Part shown: positions 28,409-38,599 of the stretch, piece after piece | Position numbering within the stretch: position 1 is the first letter of the stretch | Layout of the letters: the number at the start of each line of letters is the position of its first letter | IMG/VR virus record: IMGVR_UViG_3300049060_000034 | Span: 2,743 to 66,742 of that record | Strand: one strand, 5' to 3' | From: a virus | Lineage: Duplodnaviria > Caudoviricetes | DNA: 64,000 nucleotides | The notes under the pieces: generated by a model | What the model was told of the DNA's origin: nothing | The model's database searches: none | What the model saw: the letters and a program-made list of their open reading frames with translations, nothing else | Translations under genes and position numbers: made by a program

Positions 28409-28778
28409 CTTTTACCTCTACTAGGCCATCCCTAACTCTAAGAGTCATGGGTCCCGGTCCTAGAACTTTAGTGACTCGGAGTCCTGTGATCCTAGTTATT
28501 ATTCCAGGTAACGTTTCAGGGATTTGTCCCTGATACATTGGTTGTAGGAGCACTGGCGTAGCCACCTCTGTGGCGATGTCTAGTCGCCAATATCCGTCTT
28601 CAACATCGTTTCGGTCTCTTAGGAGACTGAATATGACGTTTCTCCAATCGAAATCGTAGGCTACCTGTTTCATCTTATTTCGTTCAATGACCTCTCTGTC
28701 ACTATGATATTCATGAAACTTACAGTCTGGGGAACATCCTCGATACGAGGTACCACATTCTTTCAGGTGGTATTTCAT
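28323..28778 (-). CDS. Hypothetical protein
   Basis: Start overlaps the upstream stop; Cys/His-rich N-terminus. Confidence 0.45.
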   Translation of the reverse strand: MKYHLKECGTSYRGCSPDCKFHEYHSDREVIERNKMKQVAYDFDWRNVIFSLLRDRNDVEDGYWRLDIATEVATPVLLQPMYQGQIPETLPGIITRITGLRVTKVLGPGPMTLRVRDGLVEVKDGSDTDQRGHEESGGGPGGDPGSIEAGF

Positions 28779-29629
28779 TTCCTATCCTTGAATTTTACGT
28801 TGGGGGCCCCGATCTTGCTGATTCCTCTGGGTGGGAGGGGGGCCTTAGGCGGCTCTTTGGGTACTTCGGGGACTGTGGCCACGACGGATTCGCCGTTGTA
28901 CATGTAGCCGTCATGCTGGTCGTCGAGGGAGATTTCGGGATGATCCTGTGGGAGGGTGATAGGTTGGCCACCTTCTCCTACCGCCATCAGGATTTCTTTG
29001 GTCCCGATCACTATCTCGCCGTCTATTTCGATCTCGGCGGGGACCTCACGGGGCTCTCTGTTGTCCTTGCCACTGCCCACGTCGATGGTGCGGGCGATCT
29101 TCTTTTCACCCCGAAGCTCTCGAATGTCCACTTTTCCGATTGTTCCGTCCGGTCGGACGTACTCGGCCTCGACTGGCATGCCAAATAGGCGGCGGTCGGT
29201 GTCTGGAGTGTCGGTGGGGATCTTCTCTTCTTCGAGGGAGGCGATCACTATCCCGCGACCTGATTCGCCAAACTGGAGATTGATGCGTATGTTGCGCTCC
29301 AAATCCAGTTCAACCTCAGCATTTACCACGTAACTGTGGTCTTCGAGTTGCTCAACTCGGGTCTTCACGTTCCATCCGACCTTCGGATAGGTGATGTGGA
29401 CCTTGCCAAGGCGTGTTTGGCGGGAAAATACGGTGCGGACGTTCTTTCGTAGTTCTTCGGCCAAGTCGGCCACTTGGTCACTTAGGAGCCCGATGTTGCC
29501 CAAAAGTCGGTCTGTGAGCGTCAAAAGGTGCGTTTCGACCGCTTCTCGGACTTCCAGCCCATTTAGGGGGCGGGCTTGTCGTGCTTTCAATGATCCACCA
29601 ATGTATCTCGGTGGTACAGCTATCGGCAT
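28775..29629 (-). CDS. Hypothetical protein, first gene of the minus-strand arm
   Basis: AGGAGG RBS before ATG 29629. Confidence 0.6.
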   Translation of the reverse strand: MPIAVPPRYIGGSLKARQARPLNGLEVREAVETHLLTLTDRLLGNIGLLSDQVADLAEELRKNVRTVFSRQTRLGKVHITYPKVGWNVKTRVEQLEDHSYVVNAEVELDLERNIRINLQFGESGRGIVIASLEEEKIPTDTPDTDRRLFGMPVEAEYVRPDGTIGKVDIRELRGEKKIARTIDVGSGKDNREPREVPAEIEIDGEIVIGTKEILMAVGEGGQPITLPQDHPEISLDDQHDGYMYNGESVVATVPEVPKEPPKAPLPPRGISKIGAPNVKFKDRK

Positions 29630-29950
29630 AAATTCCTCCTTACAGGCGCGTTCTATACCAGAAAAGAGACAGACATGCAAGATTATTGTGGATTTTTGCC
29701 GAAAAATGTGCTAGCGTTAAGCGTAGCCAAAGCAGCCAATATATAATAAGGATAAGACCTGTTATGATCATTGTTACAAGTTTCACAAACTTGGTGGGGG
29801 AAAACTAACAAAAACAAAAATATTTGGGCAAAAATTGAAAATTTGGGTGTGGAGTCAAAGCGCGGGGGGAAGAGATGGGGGCCAGCCCCGATGACAATCA
29901 CCCCGACTAAGGACATCCGAGCGATTATCAACTATCATTAACTTATATAC

Positions 29951-29981
29951 ATTATACTATGAACGCCCCCCACCCTGTCAA
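29951..29981 (-). promoter_or_regulatory. Possible sigma70 promoter
   Basis: TTGACA-19-TATAAT (long spacer; an alternative TAGTAT gives 16). Confidence 0.35.
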
Positions 29982-30019
29982 CCCCCTAAATTATTAAAAT
30001 ATGGCGCGGCCCACAGTGG

Positions 30020-30209
30020 CGACCTGGACGCCCCCTACGACCTGGACGCCTTCAGCAGCGGACATTATGAACTGACAATGTGATGATACGATCCTCTTAT
30101 GATCTTATGATCTTATGACAATATGATCTTATCCTCTCATCCTCTTATGATCTTATTCCCTTATTCCCTTATGGCGCGACCTGGACGACGGCCCCACACG
30201 ACCTGGACG
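30020..30209. repeat. Four CGACCTGGACG direct repeats flanking an octamer array
   Basis: Copies at 30020, 30038, 30177, 30199. Confidence 0.85.
30093..30172. repeat. Ten in-register tandem 8-mers (consensus NNNCTTAT)
   Basis: cctcttat gatcttat gatcttat gacaatat gatcttat cctctcat cctcttat gatcttat tcccttat tcccttat. Confidence 0.9.
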
Positions 30210-30406
30210 AGGCTGCTAACGTCCTCCCAGATTGCGAACGTCAGCGGGGCAAAGGAGGACATCCCCCAATGGTACTCCGATGCTATGGAGTAGAACACCG
30301 CGCAACGCCCTTGCTGGACGAATCGAAACGGCACTATCCTCCCACCCCTCCTCTTTTCTCAACCCCTGAAAATTATCTTGACGCTGCTAACATCCTCCCA
30401 AGAGTA

Positions 30407-30434
30407 TTGACAGCCCCGACCCTTCTGTTATAAT
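30407..30434 (+). promoter_or_regulatory. Strong early sigma70 promoter
   Basis: TTGACA-16-TATAAT with extended -10 TGn. Confidence 0.75.
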
Positions 30435-31033
30435 GCCCCTTCAATCGAACTCGGCCCGCCGCCTACTTTGGCCCACGCGAGCCCGACCCGATTGATTGTG
30501 TTGTGGCCCGGTAAGTCACCCTTGATTGTGCGCGAGCCACAGCAGCGGGAACGCCCCCCGCATAACTGATACACGCGCGACCCGTACGCGATCCTACCGC
30601 ATACGCGCCCGCCTTTGAGGACAGAACCGAACCACCGCGCCGGACTCTTGCCCGTTGCCCATTGTGGCCCGCTGAGGGGCGAGAGATGCGAGGAACCCCC
30701 TAGCTTGCTAGGCAGGCCCGCAACCACCTTGAGCCCGCACGACCCGCGTTCATCCCACTGCCTGACAAAGAAAGCCGAGGAAGCGCCCTAAATAAGCGCC
30801 TACCCAAATTGGCAAGAACCGGACGCCCACGCGATGAGACGTGAGCGCACCCGCCTAGCATTATGTGATTGGAGATGCTAGGACGACGGCCCCCCAAATC
30901 GCGCCGCCCTTGCTGCTAAGCTGGCCATTCGTGGCTAGTGAAGCCCTCAGCAGAACCCACATGCTACTCTCACCACCTGTTCTTTAGTGTTGAATGATGC
31001 GCCTCTGCCCGATTCGAGGAAGGAGAACGCATC

Positions 31034-32707
31034 ATGGAAGACCTTAACAAGGTAGACGACACGCCCACCCAGGAGCAAACAGAAGAGACGACGCCCGCCG
31101 CCGACGCGACCGAAGCGCCCGCCCAGGCTAACGGCCCCCAACTTGGAAAGCAACTCAACAAGCGACCCAAGAAAGGACAGCCCGCCGCCCAGGCTAGCGA
31201 ACCCGCCGCCGAGGAAGAGAGCGCCGCCGATCCTGCGCCCGCTCCGAACGTGGAACAGACAGCGCCCACCACTGCGCCGCAACTCTCACAAAGCGCCCTA
31301 GCAATCAAGACCGCCTTACAATTCGGACGACCCAAAGAGGAAGACCGACCGGGCAAGCGCGCAACCGCGACCAGCACCAGAACGGAGGCTACACTAGCCG
31401 CCGAGACGATAGCCGGACGCCACCAGCACCCCGAACAGAAGGCCGAAGCCCTAACGGCTGAAGGCAAAATGTACGGAAAGCTTGCTAAAGAGAGCGCCTT
31501 AAAGGCTGAGGCATATTTGAGAGAACGCGCCCAGGAGCTTGCAATTGAGAAACGGACACATACGCCCACTGAGATTCAACAGGCTATTGAGCTTGCTATG
31601 AACCGTCACCAACGCCAACTCAAATTGGCCGAGGATTCACCGGACGCCGTAATCAGAGCGGAGATTCTGGACAAGGCGCAGCGCGAATTAAGCGCCGACC
31701 TCTTGAAAGCATCCGACAACGCCCACCCCGAATATATGATAACATCCGTCGGACCCAACGGAGAAGTAGCCAGAAAGCCCGTGAAGACCGCACTAGGCGA
31801 CACGGCGCGCCAAGCCTTGCTGATTCTGGCCGTTGCTCCACCGGAGAAGATTGACGAGATCATAAGAGAAAGCCGCAAAGGCAACGGAGCGGATAGCCGG
31901 AAAGCTTTCTACGATCCGAAAGGATTCGGCGCGACATCGCCCCTGCTAACTGGCGGAGATGAGCTTGTGATGTCATACGACATCATACAAGGCCTAACCT
32001 ACGACCGGAAAGGCGAAACGATTGAACGCATACGCTTCGCCCAACTGACCGCCGACTACGCATTAGCAGGAGATTGGAACGGCGCCGGTCGCTGTGTTGA
32101 CGTTTTGACCGGAAAGGCGCCCGTCAAAAAAGGTAACGTTGAAGTATTGACGTTCCCCAAAGACACGCCGATTGAGCTTGTCTACCACATGGTACAAGCC
32201 GCAGTATGGAAAGGACACGCGCTGGCCTGTCGCGCCGAGGCTGATCGAATCCGCAAGGAAAACGACCAGAAGAAGAAGCGCGACGGACTGTCGCTGGCCA
32301 ACCCCCAACCGGACGAAACCCGACGCAAGACCGAAGAAGCGCGGAAAGGACAGAAGACCGAGCCCACACCCGAAGCGACGCCCGCCCCGACCGACGAGGA
32401 ACGAGCAGACGCGCAGAGGAAAGAGGCAATCCATAACGCCAAGGTGGAACTTGTGCACATCACCAAGAACCACGACCCGAAAGACCCTTGGCCCAAGGAT
32501 AAAATCCGCGCCCTTTGCCTGTCAATAGCGCGCCATCATCCCGACTACGCCGACAAGGCTTCACGTAGGAAGATCATGGAGCGCAACCCCAACACGGACG
32601 ACAAGACCGCATTAACCGCCGAGCAATTCACAGGCTTTGCCATCGCAATGGGCCGCGAACTGCTCAACGTTGACGCCAACATGAAACCCGAAACCACAAC
32701 CGCCTAA
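31034..32707 (+). CDS. Large early hypothetical protein (557 aa), disordered acidic N-terminus
   Basis: GGAGAA RBS; first long ORF after the early promoter. Confidence 0.65.
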   Translation: MEDLNKVDDTPTQEQTEETTPAADATEAPAQANGPQLGKQLNKRPKKGQPAAQASEPAAEEESAADPAPAPNVEQTAPTTAPQLSQSALAIKTALQFGRPKEEDRPGKRATATSTRTEATLAAETIAGRHQHPEQKAEALTAEGKMYGKLAKESALKAEAYLRERAQELAIEKRTHTPTEIQQAIELAMNRHQRQLKLAEDSPDAVIRAEILDKAQRELSADLLKASDNAHPEYMITSVGPNGEVARKPVKTALGDTARQALLILAVAPPEKIDEIIRESRKGNGADSRKAFYDPKGFGATSPLLTGGDELVMSYDIIQGLTYDRKGETIERIRFAQLTADYALAGDWNGAGRCVDVLTGKAPVKKGNVEVLTFPKDTPIELVYHMVQAAVWKGHALACRAEADRIRKENDQKKKRDGLSLANPQPDETRRKTEEARKGQKTEPTPEATPAPTDEERADAQRKEAIHNAKVELVHITKNHDPKDPWPKDKIRALCLSIARHHPDYADKASRRKIMERNPNTDDKTALTAEQFTGFAIAMGRELLNVDANMKPETTTA

Positions 32708-32779
32708 CGCCTTTGATCGTAGACCGAGGCGCATCATTGAGCCCTAAAGACCACACAAGGAGAGAACAGCATGAAACGT

Positions 32780-32894
32780 GTTAGCTAACGTTAGTTTAAT
32801 GTTAGCTAACATCGGCGCGCCTCCGATTCGCTACGGCGAAATCGGAAGATTAAAATGTGCCATAGTTATTAAACGTTTGCTAACGTTAGCTAAC
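32780..32894. promoter_or_regulatory. Cluster of GTTAGCTAAC palindromes (operator-like)
   Basis: Perfect copies at 32780, 32801, 32885 plus half-sites. Confidence 0.55.
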
Positions 32895-32938
32895 AGGTTG
32901 GCCTCCGCTTATGGGGCGGCAGGCTTTGTTAGGCTTTT

Positions 32939-33012
32939 CATAGGGAAATTTTCCCTATGTTGGGCTCGATTCGCGGCCTTACTCTCCATCTTCTTATAAA
33001 TGGAGAGTAAGG
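32939..33012. promoter_or_regulatory. Bipartite palindromic element, copy 1
   Basis: CATAGGGAAATTTTCCCTATG plus CCTTACTCTCCAT-N10-ATGGAGAGTAAGG. Confidence 0.7.
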
Positions 33013-33034
33013 CTGTTTCATTTGGGAGTGGCTA

Positions 33035-33586
33035 ATGACCAAGCTTATCATCTGTAAAACAGGCTATGAGTTTGGTACTGGCCCCGTTGATAAAGAGATT
33101 AAGCGTTGGGAGCGTCAGCTTCACAGCGTGGAGTCTCAACAGGCCCGTATGACGCCTGAGCGCGCCAAGACAATTGCCATGCTCAGGCAGAAAATCAATG
33201 ACCTCAACGCTTGGCGTACTGAGATCATTGCCAATACGCGCCCATGGGAATTGGATGAGATGGCGGACAAAGAAGTGGAAGCCGTCTTCTATTCCGAACG
33301 GGACCGCGCTACCAAACGCAAAGTCAAAGAGGGGAATAAGCTATTAAACTCCAAATACCGGAGCGCAAGAGGGCATAAACAAGTGGACGCCGCCATAGGC
33401 AAGAACTTCATCAAGCCTAAGGGGCCTACTGTGCCCAACACTGCGTATAAGGTGGACAGGGGCAACGGCTTCATTCCTGGAACCGATGTCAGACAGAGGG
33501 ACCCTCTACCTAGAAAATTTGAGCGCCCCGCACGAAGTGGTCCCAAAACAGGGGGCAGGCGTGGTCACTTCAGATCACGCTATTGA
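33035..33586 (+). CDS. Basic hypothetical protein
   Basis: GGGAGT RBS; Lys/Arg-rich C-terminus. Confidence 0.6.
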   Translation: MTKLIICKTGYEFGTGPVDKEIKRWERQLHSVESQQARMTPERAKTIAMLRQKINDLNAWRTEIIANTRPWELDEMADKEVEAVFYSERDRATKRKVKEGNKLLNSKYRSARGHKQVDAAIGKNFIKPKGPTVPNTAYKVDRGNGFIPGTDVRQRDPLPRKFERPARSGPKTGGRRGHFRSRY

Positions 33587-33613
33587 CTGAACAATCAAAA
33601 CTGGAGTAGCAGC

Positions 33614-34057
33614 ATGGAAACAACAAACGTTTGCACGAAGTGTCGCTTCGCTACGGATAGCGACGACCTCATGGAAGCCCACCTTCTCATCCACAAGGCC
33701 CGTATTCTCAAATTCGAGCCCTTGAAGACACACATTTCCAAGGCCCTTGGCGAATCAAGGACGCAGGAAGATACCAAGAACTGGGAAGAGGCCCTTACCT
33801 TGGTACAGGCCCTGATTGACCCTTGCCCGGAATGTAATCTCATGGTCTGCCGTTGTAAGGGGACCTTGGACGCCTTCGACCTCATGGAGCCCGTGCCTTG
33901 TTGCACGACGGATAACTTGTGCGAAGGGCATAGGGCTAAGATGGCCCCGGATTTGTTGGACAAAATAGACGCCGCCTCTTCGAAAGAAGAAAAGGACCAA
34001 ATCATTGGCGACTACATAGTCGACGCCTACAGGCGCGGAGAATGGAGTTTGCCATGA
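33614..34057 (+). CDS. Cys-rich (zinc-binding) hypothetical protein
   Basis: CxxC...H...H and further Cys pairs. Confidence 0.6.
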   Translation: METTNVCTKCRFATDSDDLMEAHLLIHKARILKFEPLKTHISKALGESRTQEDTKNWEEALTLVQALIDPCPECNLMVCRCKGTLDAFDLMEPVPCCTTDNLCEGHRAKMAPDLLDKIDAASSKEEKDQIIGDYIVDAYRRGEWSLP

Positions 34058-34401
34058 CCAGAAAACTCTCCCGTGACCTTAGCAACCGAATAAGGAACGT
34101 CATCGGCTGCGCTTTGAAGGATCTCTATCCAGGAATTGAGATGCTCACCTTTATTTGGCTAGGCCAAAAGATCATGCAGTTCCTGTTGGATTGTTGCGAA
34201 GATGAGTTCCTCAAAGAATGTGAATACGAGGAGGAGCCCGTGGCCTTCGACGCCTGCTTCAATCGTGAAGCGGTAATCTCTTACCTAAACGACAACAAGG
34301 GCTGGATCTATGAGCAAGCCCCAGCCTTAAAGGACCTTGAGGATTTCGACGGCAAGAAACGCATTAACCTTATGGTGGGTCAGATGTTACTTGCGAAGTA
34401 A
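34054..34401 (+). CDS. Hypothetical protein
   Basis: ATGA overlap with the upstream stop. Confidence 0.55.
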   Translation: MTRKLSRDLSNRIRNVIGCALKDLYPGIEMLTFIWLGQKIMQFLLDCCEDEFLKECEYEEEPVAFDACFNREAVISYLNDNKGWIYEQAPALKDLEDFDGKKRINLMVGQMLLAK

Positions 34402-34497
34402 CTGAGCTATTGCGAATAGGGGGCGATGTTAGTCGCCCCACTTTCGGAGTGGCTGAGAGGTCGCTTCATAGTAAGGTATCACAATCATCAATGGACA

Positions 34498-34531
34498 GAG
34501 GCCCTTGGAAACTTGGGCCTCTTTTTTTTTT
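34498..34531 (+). terminator. Intrinsic terminator
   Basis: GAGGCCC/GGGCCTC stem followed by T10. Confidence 0.7.
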
Positions 34532-34560
34532 CTCCACTCAAACGAACAGGAGCAACTCCC

Positions 34561-34821
34561 ATGCTTAGGTTTCTCAAGTTTGGTGACGAACTGATCAACC
34601 CCGATCTGATCGTCGCCGCTGAATTCAAGAAGCCCGACGCGGACGGCGCAGGATGCGAGCTAGTAATAGACTTCGCCGCCCCTGCGTTCGAGGCTCGGCC
34701 AATAGAGCACTCTTCATGCTATAGAAAATCTTTCTTTGATGAAGACGCCAAGATCATATACGCCCACCTCTGCAAAGAGGCGGTCGAACTGACACCCCGT
34801 AGAAAGAGGGACGCCGGTTAA
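34561..34821 (+). CDS. Hypothetical protein
   Basis: AGGAG RBS before ATG 34561; the longer track start crosses the terminator. Confidence 0.55.
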   Translation: MLRFLKFGDELINPDLIVAAEFKKPDADGAGCELVIDFAAPAFEARPIEHSSCYRKSFFDEDAKIIYAHLCKEAVELTPRRKRDAG

Positions 34822-34861
34822 GACATCCCTGAGTATAAACCCCCAACAGGAGTGACCCTCA

Positions 34862-35101
34862 ATGCCTAACGAATGTGGTTACGAGGCCGTGGTCTGGGTG
34901 ATTAGGGAAGGAATAGCTGTCATGCAGTTCGGCATGAAAACATTCAACCCAGGCAGGGCCGTTGATTACGCCTTCTCAGCCTCTGAGTTGTTTAGGAAGA
35001 CGTCAACCGAAAGCGGATACGTCACAGTTTCAGACCTCTCCAACGGAAGAGAACTTGAGAGGATAGACTTTAACCAGACAGCCAAGGCCGCCGCTTGTTA
35101 G
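34862..35101 (+). CDS. Hypothetical protein
   Basis: AGGAG RBS. Confidence 0.55.
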   Translation: MPNECGYEAVVWVIREGIAVMQFGMKTFNPGRAVDYAFSASELFRKTSTESGYVTVSDLSNGRELERIDFNQTAKAAAC

Positions 35102-35225
35102 CGGTCCTTGCGGGAGGAGCCCTGACTTTTAGGTGTTGTTGTTGTTAGGGCCCTTCCCGGAGGGACTTATCCTCCACTCGGGTAAGCCGAGTTGATTGTT
35201 TAGTCAAGATTGAAAGCAACACTCA

Positions 35226-35257
35226 GGGGCGTGTCCGTAAGAGCGCCCCACTTTTTT
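35226..35257 (+). terminator. Intrinsic terminator
   Basis: GGGGC...GCCCC stem followed by a T-tract. Confidence 0.55.
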
Positions 35258-35329
35258 CTCGTTTCATGTTAACCATTCAAGGTGGTAGTTAGTGACAGGG
35301 CTACCTCCCCCTAGTTAGGAGACACGGAC

Positions 35330-35677
35330 ATGAAAGCCGCTGTCAATTGGCAAACTATCCAGACGTTCTTAGAGAAAGAACTAGAGAAGGGTCCCCAGCA
35401 AGGAGATCTGCTATACAACTCCCTCGTAGTTCTCTATCAAATGCTCTTAGGCTATCTGGCTCTTACGAAGTATTTGGAGCCACCCGAAAACCGAGGCATG
35501 CGAGGCTGTCCATGGTGCAAAGAGGAATTCAAGCCTCTCTACGCGCACACAGTAGCTTGCTCAGATGAATGCGAGCGTCTTTGGAGGCTCTACCCGTCCA
35601 CTGTGACTAAGGAGTTACACGACAAGGCGGTCGCGGAGGTACTCCGAATGAACGCTGAGGAAAGGGCCCAGTCCTAA
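35330..35677 (+). CDS. Hypothetical protein with CxxC...CxxxC
   Basis: AGGAG RBS; CPWCKEEF...CSDEC. Confidence 0.6.
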   Translation: MKAAVNWQTIQTFLEKELEKGPQQGDLLYNSLVVLYQMLLGYLALTKYLEPPENRGMRGCPWCKEEFKPLYAHTVACSDECERLWRLYPSTVTKELHDKAVAEVLRMNAEERAQS

Positions 35678-35918
35678 TCAATACGGGCGGGCTGGGCCTG
35701 CAACGGACATTGTACAACAGGGCGTCTTTGCCGTTGCCGGTCTGGCCCAACGTCTTCATTGGGCCTTTCCGGGAGAGACAAAGCGTCTACTCCGTATGTA
35801 ACCCTAGAGGGGCCAGGGAATGATCCCAACTTTCGAAGAAAGGATCAACTCCTATTGAAAATCCCGGACGGCCCCTCTTGCACTCCTATATGTTATTTTA
35901 TATCTCCACATTGGCCTT

Positions 35919-36314
35919 ATGCCTAGACTAGTACTCATTCGTGGCAAGGATGGGGCTGGGAAGACTACCCTAGCGGAGATGGTGTATGTTCCCCAAGGAT
36001 TCGTACACTATGAGGAGGACCACTTCTTCTACAACAGGGGAGGTGGTCGTCGCTACGCTTACGACCCAGCTTTAAGATCACTTGCCTCAAAGTGGTGCCG
36101 CGATCACGTATTCAAGGCCCTCTCCGCAGGGCGCGACGTGGTCGTGAGTAACTTCTTTAATTGCAGGAGAACGGTCGAGCCATATAGGGCGCTCGCCAGG
36201 GCGCTCAAAGCCGACCTACAGATAATCACCTTAACGACTCAGTTCGAGTCACTTCACATCACCAATAAAGCATTGTTAGAGCAACGCAACGCGTCCTTTC
36301 AAAAGGAAGTCTGA
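35919..36314 (+). CDS. P-loop kinase/ATPase (AAA_33/PNK-like)
   Basis: LVLIRGKDGAGKTT, DVVVSNFF. Confidence 0.75.
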   Translation: MPRLVLIRGKDGAGKTTLAEMVYVPQGFVHYEEDHFFYNRGGGRRYAYDPALRSLASKWCRDHVFKALSAGRDVVVSNFFNCRRTVEPYRALARALKADLQIITLTTQFESLHITNKALLEQRNASFQKEV

Positions 36315-36598
36315 TGTCTCTATCCAAGATGATTGAGAGAGACAACTGGATGGACCCTGACATATGGACCCTGTATGAACAATCTTGGAACGAATACAAG
36401 GCCATACGCGAAGCCCACCACTTATACGGGAGTGAGGCCGCTCAAGCCAAGGTCTACCTACTGGAGTTGATTCTTACAATGAATCATGGGAAGCAATACC
36501 TCAGAGAGGGGGAGCCTCCCAGAGTTACGATGAGGGACGTCATAGCCTACCACGAAATGCTGGACAGGAAATACAGATCGCAGAACGGGGCGGAGTAG
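36314..36598 (+). CDS. Hypothetical protein
   Basis: Translationally coupled ORF. Confidence 0.55.
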   Translation: MSLSKMIERDNWMDPDIWTLYEQSWNEYKAIREAHHLYGSEAAQAKVYLLELILTMNHGKQYLREGEPPRVTMRDVIAYHEMLDRKYRSQNGAE

Positions 36599-36733
36599 AG
36601 CCCGCCCGCCACTGCCCGTAGGGGTCAGTTGTTGATCTCCTTTCTTACTGACTCCCTCGGGGAGCGGTTGTTACCGTTCCGTACAACTCTACAACAAGGG
36701 GAGGCTGTCCTCCCCTATATCATAGGAGCTATT

Positions 36734-37009
36734 ATGGCGGTACTAACTATGCCCAGAGAGGACGCCGGGGCCAAATCCCAGGACAAATCTTTGAGTGAAA
36801 AAATCGTCAAACGCGCCCTAGCTAGCCACAATACGGCTAAGGCCGCCGCCGACTCCATCAATGATGAGTGTGGCGGAGGCAGGTTTAGGGCCAATCATCA
36901 GGACAAGTTCGACACTTCCCAAGAAAGATACGTCAAGTCCAAAGATTACGCCGAGAAAGCTAAGGATGGCAGATGGGTTGTCCTGATCGACAATGCCGAC
37001 AAGAAGTAG
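36734..37009 (+). CDS. Hypothetical protein
   Basis: AGGAG RBS before ATG 36734. Confidence 0.5.
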   Translation: MAVLTMPREDAGAKSQDKSLSEKIVKRALASHNTAKAAADSINDECGGGRFRANHQDKFDTSQERYVKSKDYAEKAKDGRWVVLIDNADKK

Positions 37010-37568
37010 GCTTTTACGCCGAAATAAACCCGATGACGTTCGGCAAGTGGCGTATTGATTGGACGGACGGAGTGGTCATCGAGAACAACTGGTGATACGA
37101 CTCCGAAGAGGGCGCCCGTGAGGCGCTAAGGAATTGGGAAGCTAACGGTTTCCAGGGAGAGCCCGAGGGCTGGTACCGCAACCCGAATGGTGGAAGAAGA
37201 CGTCCGGGAGGCGATCCGGCCCAAGAGTTTATCAGGTGGTAACCGTTGCAGGCAAGCCGAGGGACAGTAAGCTTTGACTTCCCCTTGGCTAGCCTGGAGC
37301 GGTGGGGACCGCCCCATAACCGCTAACTATATTATTTATTGGTTCTATTTCAATAAAGATGAGGGACGCGGTTATTTCGGTTAGCAGGGGGCGGTCGGAC
37401 GCCATGCCGACCGTCGCCTTGAGGGCAGGGTGACGACATTAGGGCTGTCAGCGCATGCTGAACTGAGACGGCTCGAAAGCACGTCTCCTACCCTCAAGGG
37501 GGCGGTACGTATGCTGCCCCATTTTGGATTAACCTTGAACATTCGTTGGGGGGCCGTGGGTCACGCGC

Positions 37569-37829
37569 GTGTACCTGCGATCCCCCTTCTTTCTTAACGT
37601 TGTAGAGTCAGTGGAGTTTGAGATGTTAATCAGCAAAGACGCCCTGGACCCTAAGCAGTGCGATAACAAGTCCTGCCGAAGGGTTATATCCCTGGAAGAA
37701 GGAGTCCAAGACGACGAATTCTTCTTTTGCATTGATTGCTACCAACTATCCTCTGCCATAGCATGGCTTTTCATGATGGGTAGAGGGTACGACGTTCCAA
37801 CGTCCCTTGTGGGCTTTTACGTCGCTTAG
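37569..37829 (+). CDS. Hypothetical Cys-containing protein
   Basis: ORF track; CxxxxC...CxxC. Confidence 0.4.
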   Translation: MYLRSPFFLNVVESVEFEMLISKDALDPKQCDNKSCRRVISLEEGVQDDEFFFCIDCYQLSSAIAWLFMMGRGYDVPTSLVGFYVA

Positions 37830-37837
37830 GAGGCGTT

Positions 37838-38131
37838 ATGGACGTGACTGTTAGTGAATTATTCAGACGGTTCGCGGCCTTAGTGGCTGCTGGCCAAGGT
37901 CACATCAAAGTGACGGCTTTGATATTGCCAAGCTCTAAGATGGAAGATCTTGCGATCTTCTATGGTTATTGTAAAGAGCATGAGTGCGTCGAATTACATA
38001 TTATAGACCCGGAGGGGTTGTTAGAGGAGAAGGAAGAGGAGCAACACCATAGCATGGATGAGAGGACCCCTTTCGAGTCCATGTTGGAAACAGACGCCGC
38101 CGAATTTTGGAAGAAGTTCGGCATCGACTGA
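37838..38131 (+). CDS. Hypothetical protein
   Basis: AGGAGG RBS. Confidence 0.55.
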   Translation: MDVTVSELFRRFAALVAAGQGHIKVTALILPSSKMEDLAIFYGYCKEHECVELHIIDPEGLLEEKEEEQHHSMDERTPFESMLETDAAEFWKKFGID

Positions 38132-38266
38132 CCGTTGCCCGTAGGCCAAGATCATCCCGACTTTGGCCCTCGGGGAGTGGTCAAGCGACCGTAAACTCCG
38201 GCTATTTCAAGACACTTCTCAATGCAGGGGAGGTGACAAAATAGCAATTGAACGGTTTAGAATCGA

Positions 38267-38590
38267 ATGCTCACAACGCCCGCGTTCCTAGGTCGCGGGC
38301 TATTTTTTCGGAGAGATATGGAGAAGATTGGCACATTCGGCTACAAGGACGTGGTTTTAGTTGACGACGAAGCTGTATGCGATTGTGGAGTAGTAACCCA
38401 TTACAGAATCCACGATCCATCTACGAATGAGATGTGGGTGTGCTGTTCGATTTGTTTGCAGGGCGTTATGGACGAGAACGAGAGACGAAGACACGCCCAG
38501 GCTGGCATGCAGAATTGCTTGACTGTGGCAATATCACTTGTGTTGGTATTCATAGTCATACTCATTTTGGCCTACCTCGGTAAAATATAG
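38267..38590 (+). CDS. Zinc-ribbon + C-terminal TM protein
   Basis: CDCG...CSIC and hydrophobic tail; true start possibly ATG 38318. Confidence 0.55.
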   Translation: MLTTPAFLGRGLFFRRDMEKIGTFGYKDVVLVDDEAVCDCGVVTHYRIHDPSTNEMWVCCSICLQGVMDENERRRHAQAGMQNCLTVAISLVLVFIVILILAYLGKI

Positions 38591-38599
38591 GAGGGAGTT

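Noticed and set aside
30970-31569. Long minus-strand ORF, and the many other opposite-strand or alternate-frame ORFs in the track (e.g. 6473..7420, 15947..16666, 26435..26866, 54294..54938)
   Set aside because: Shadows of GC-rich genes on the other strand or frame; no RBS or recognisable motifs
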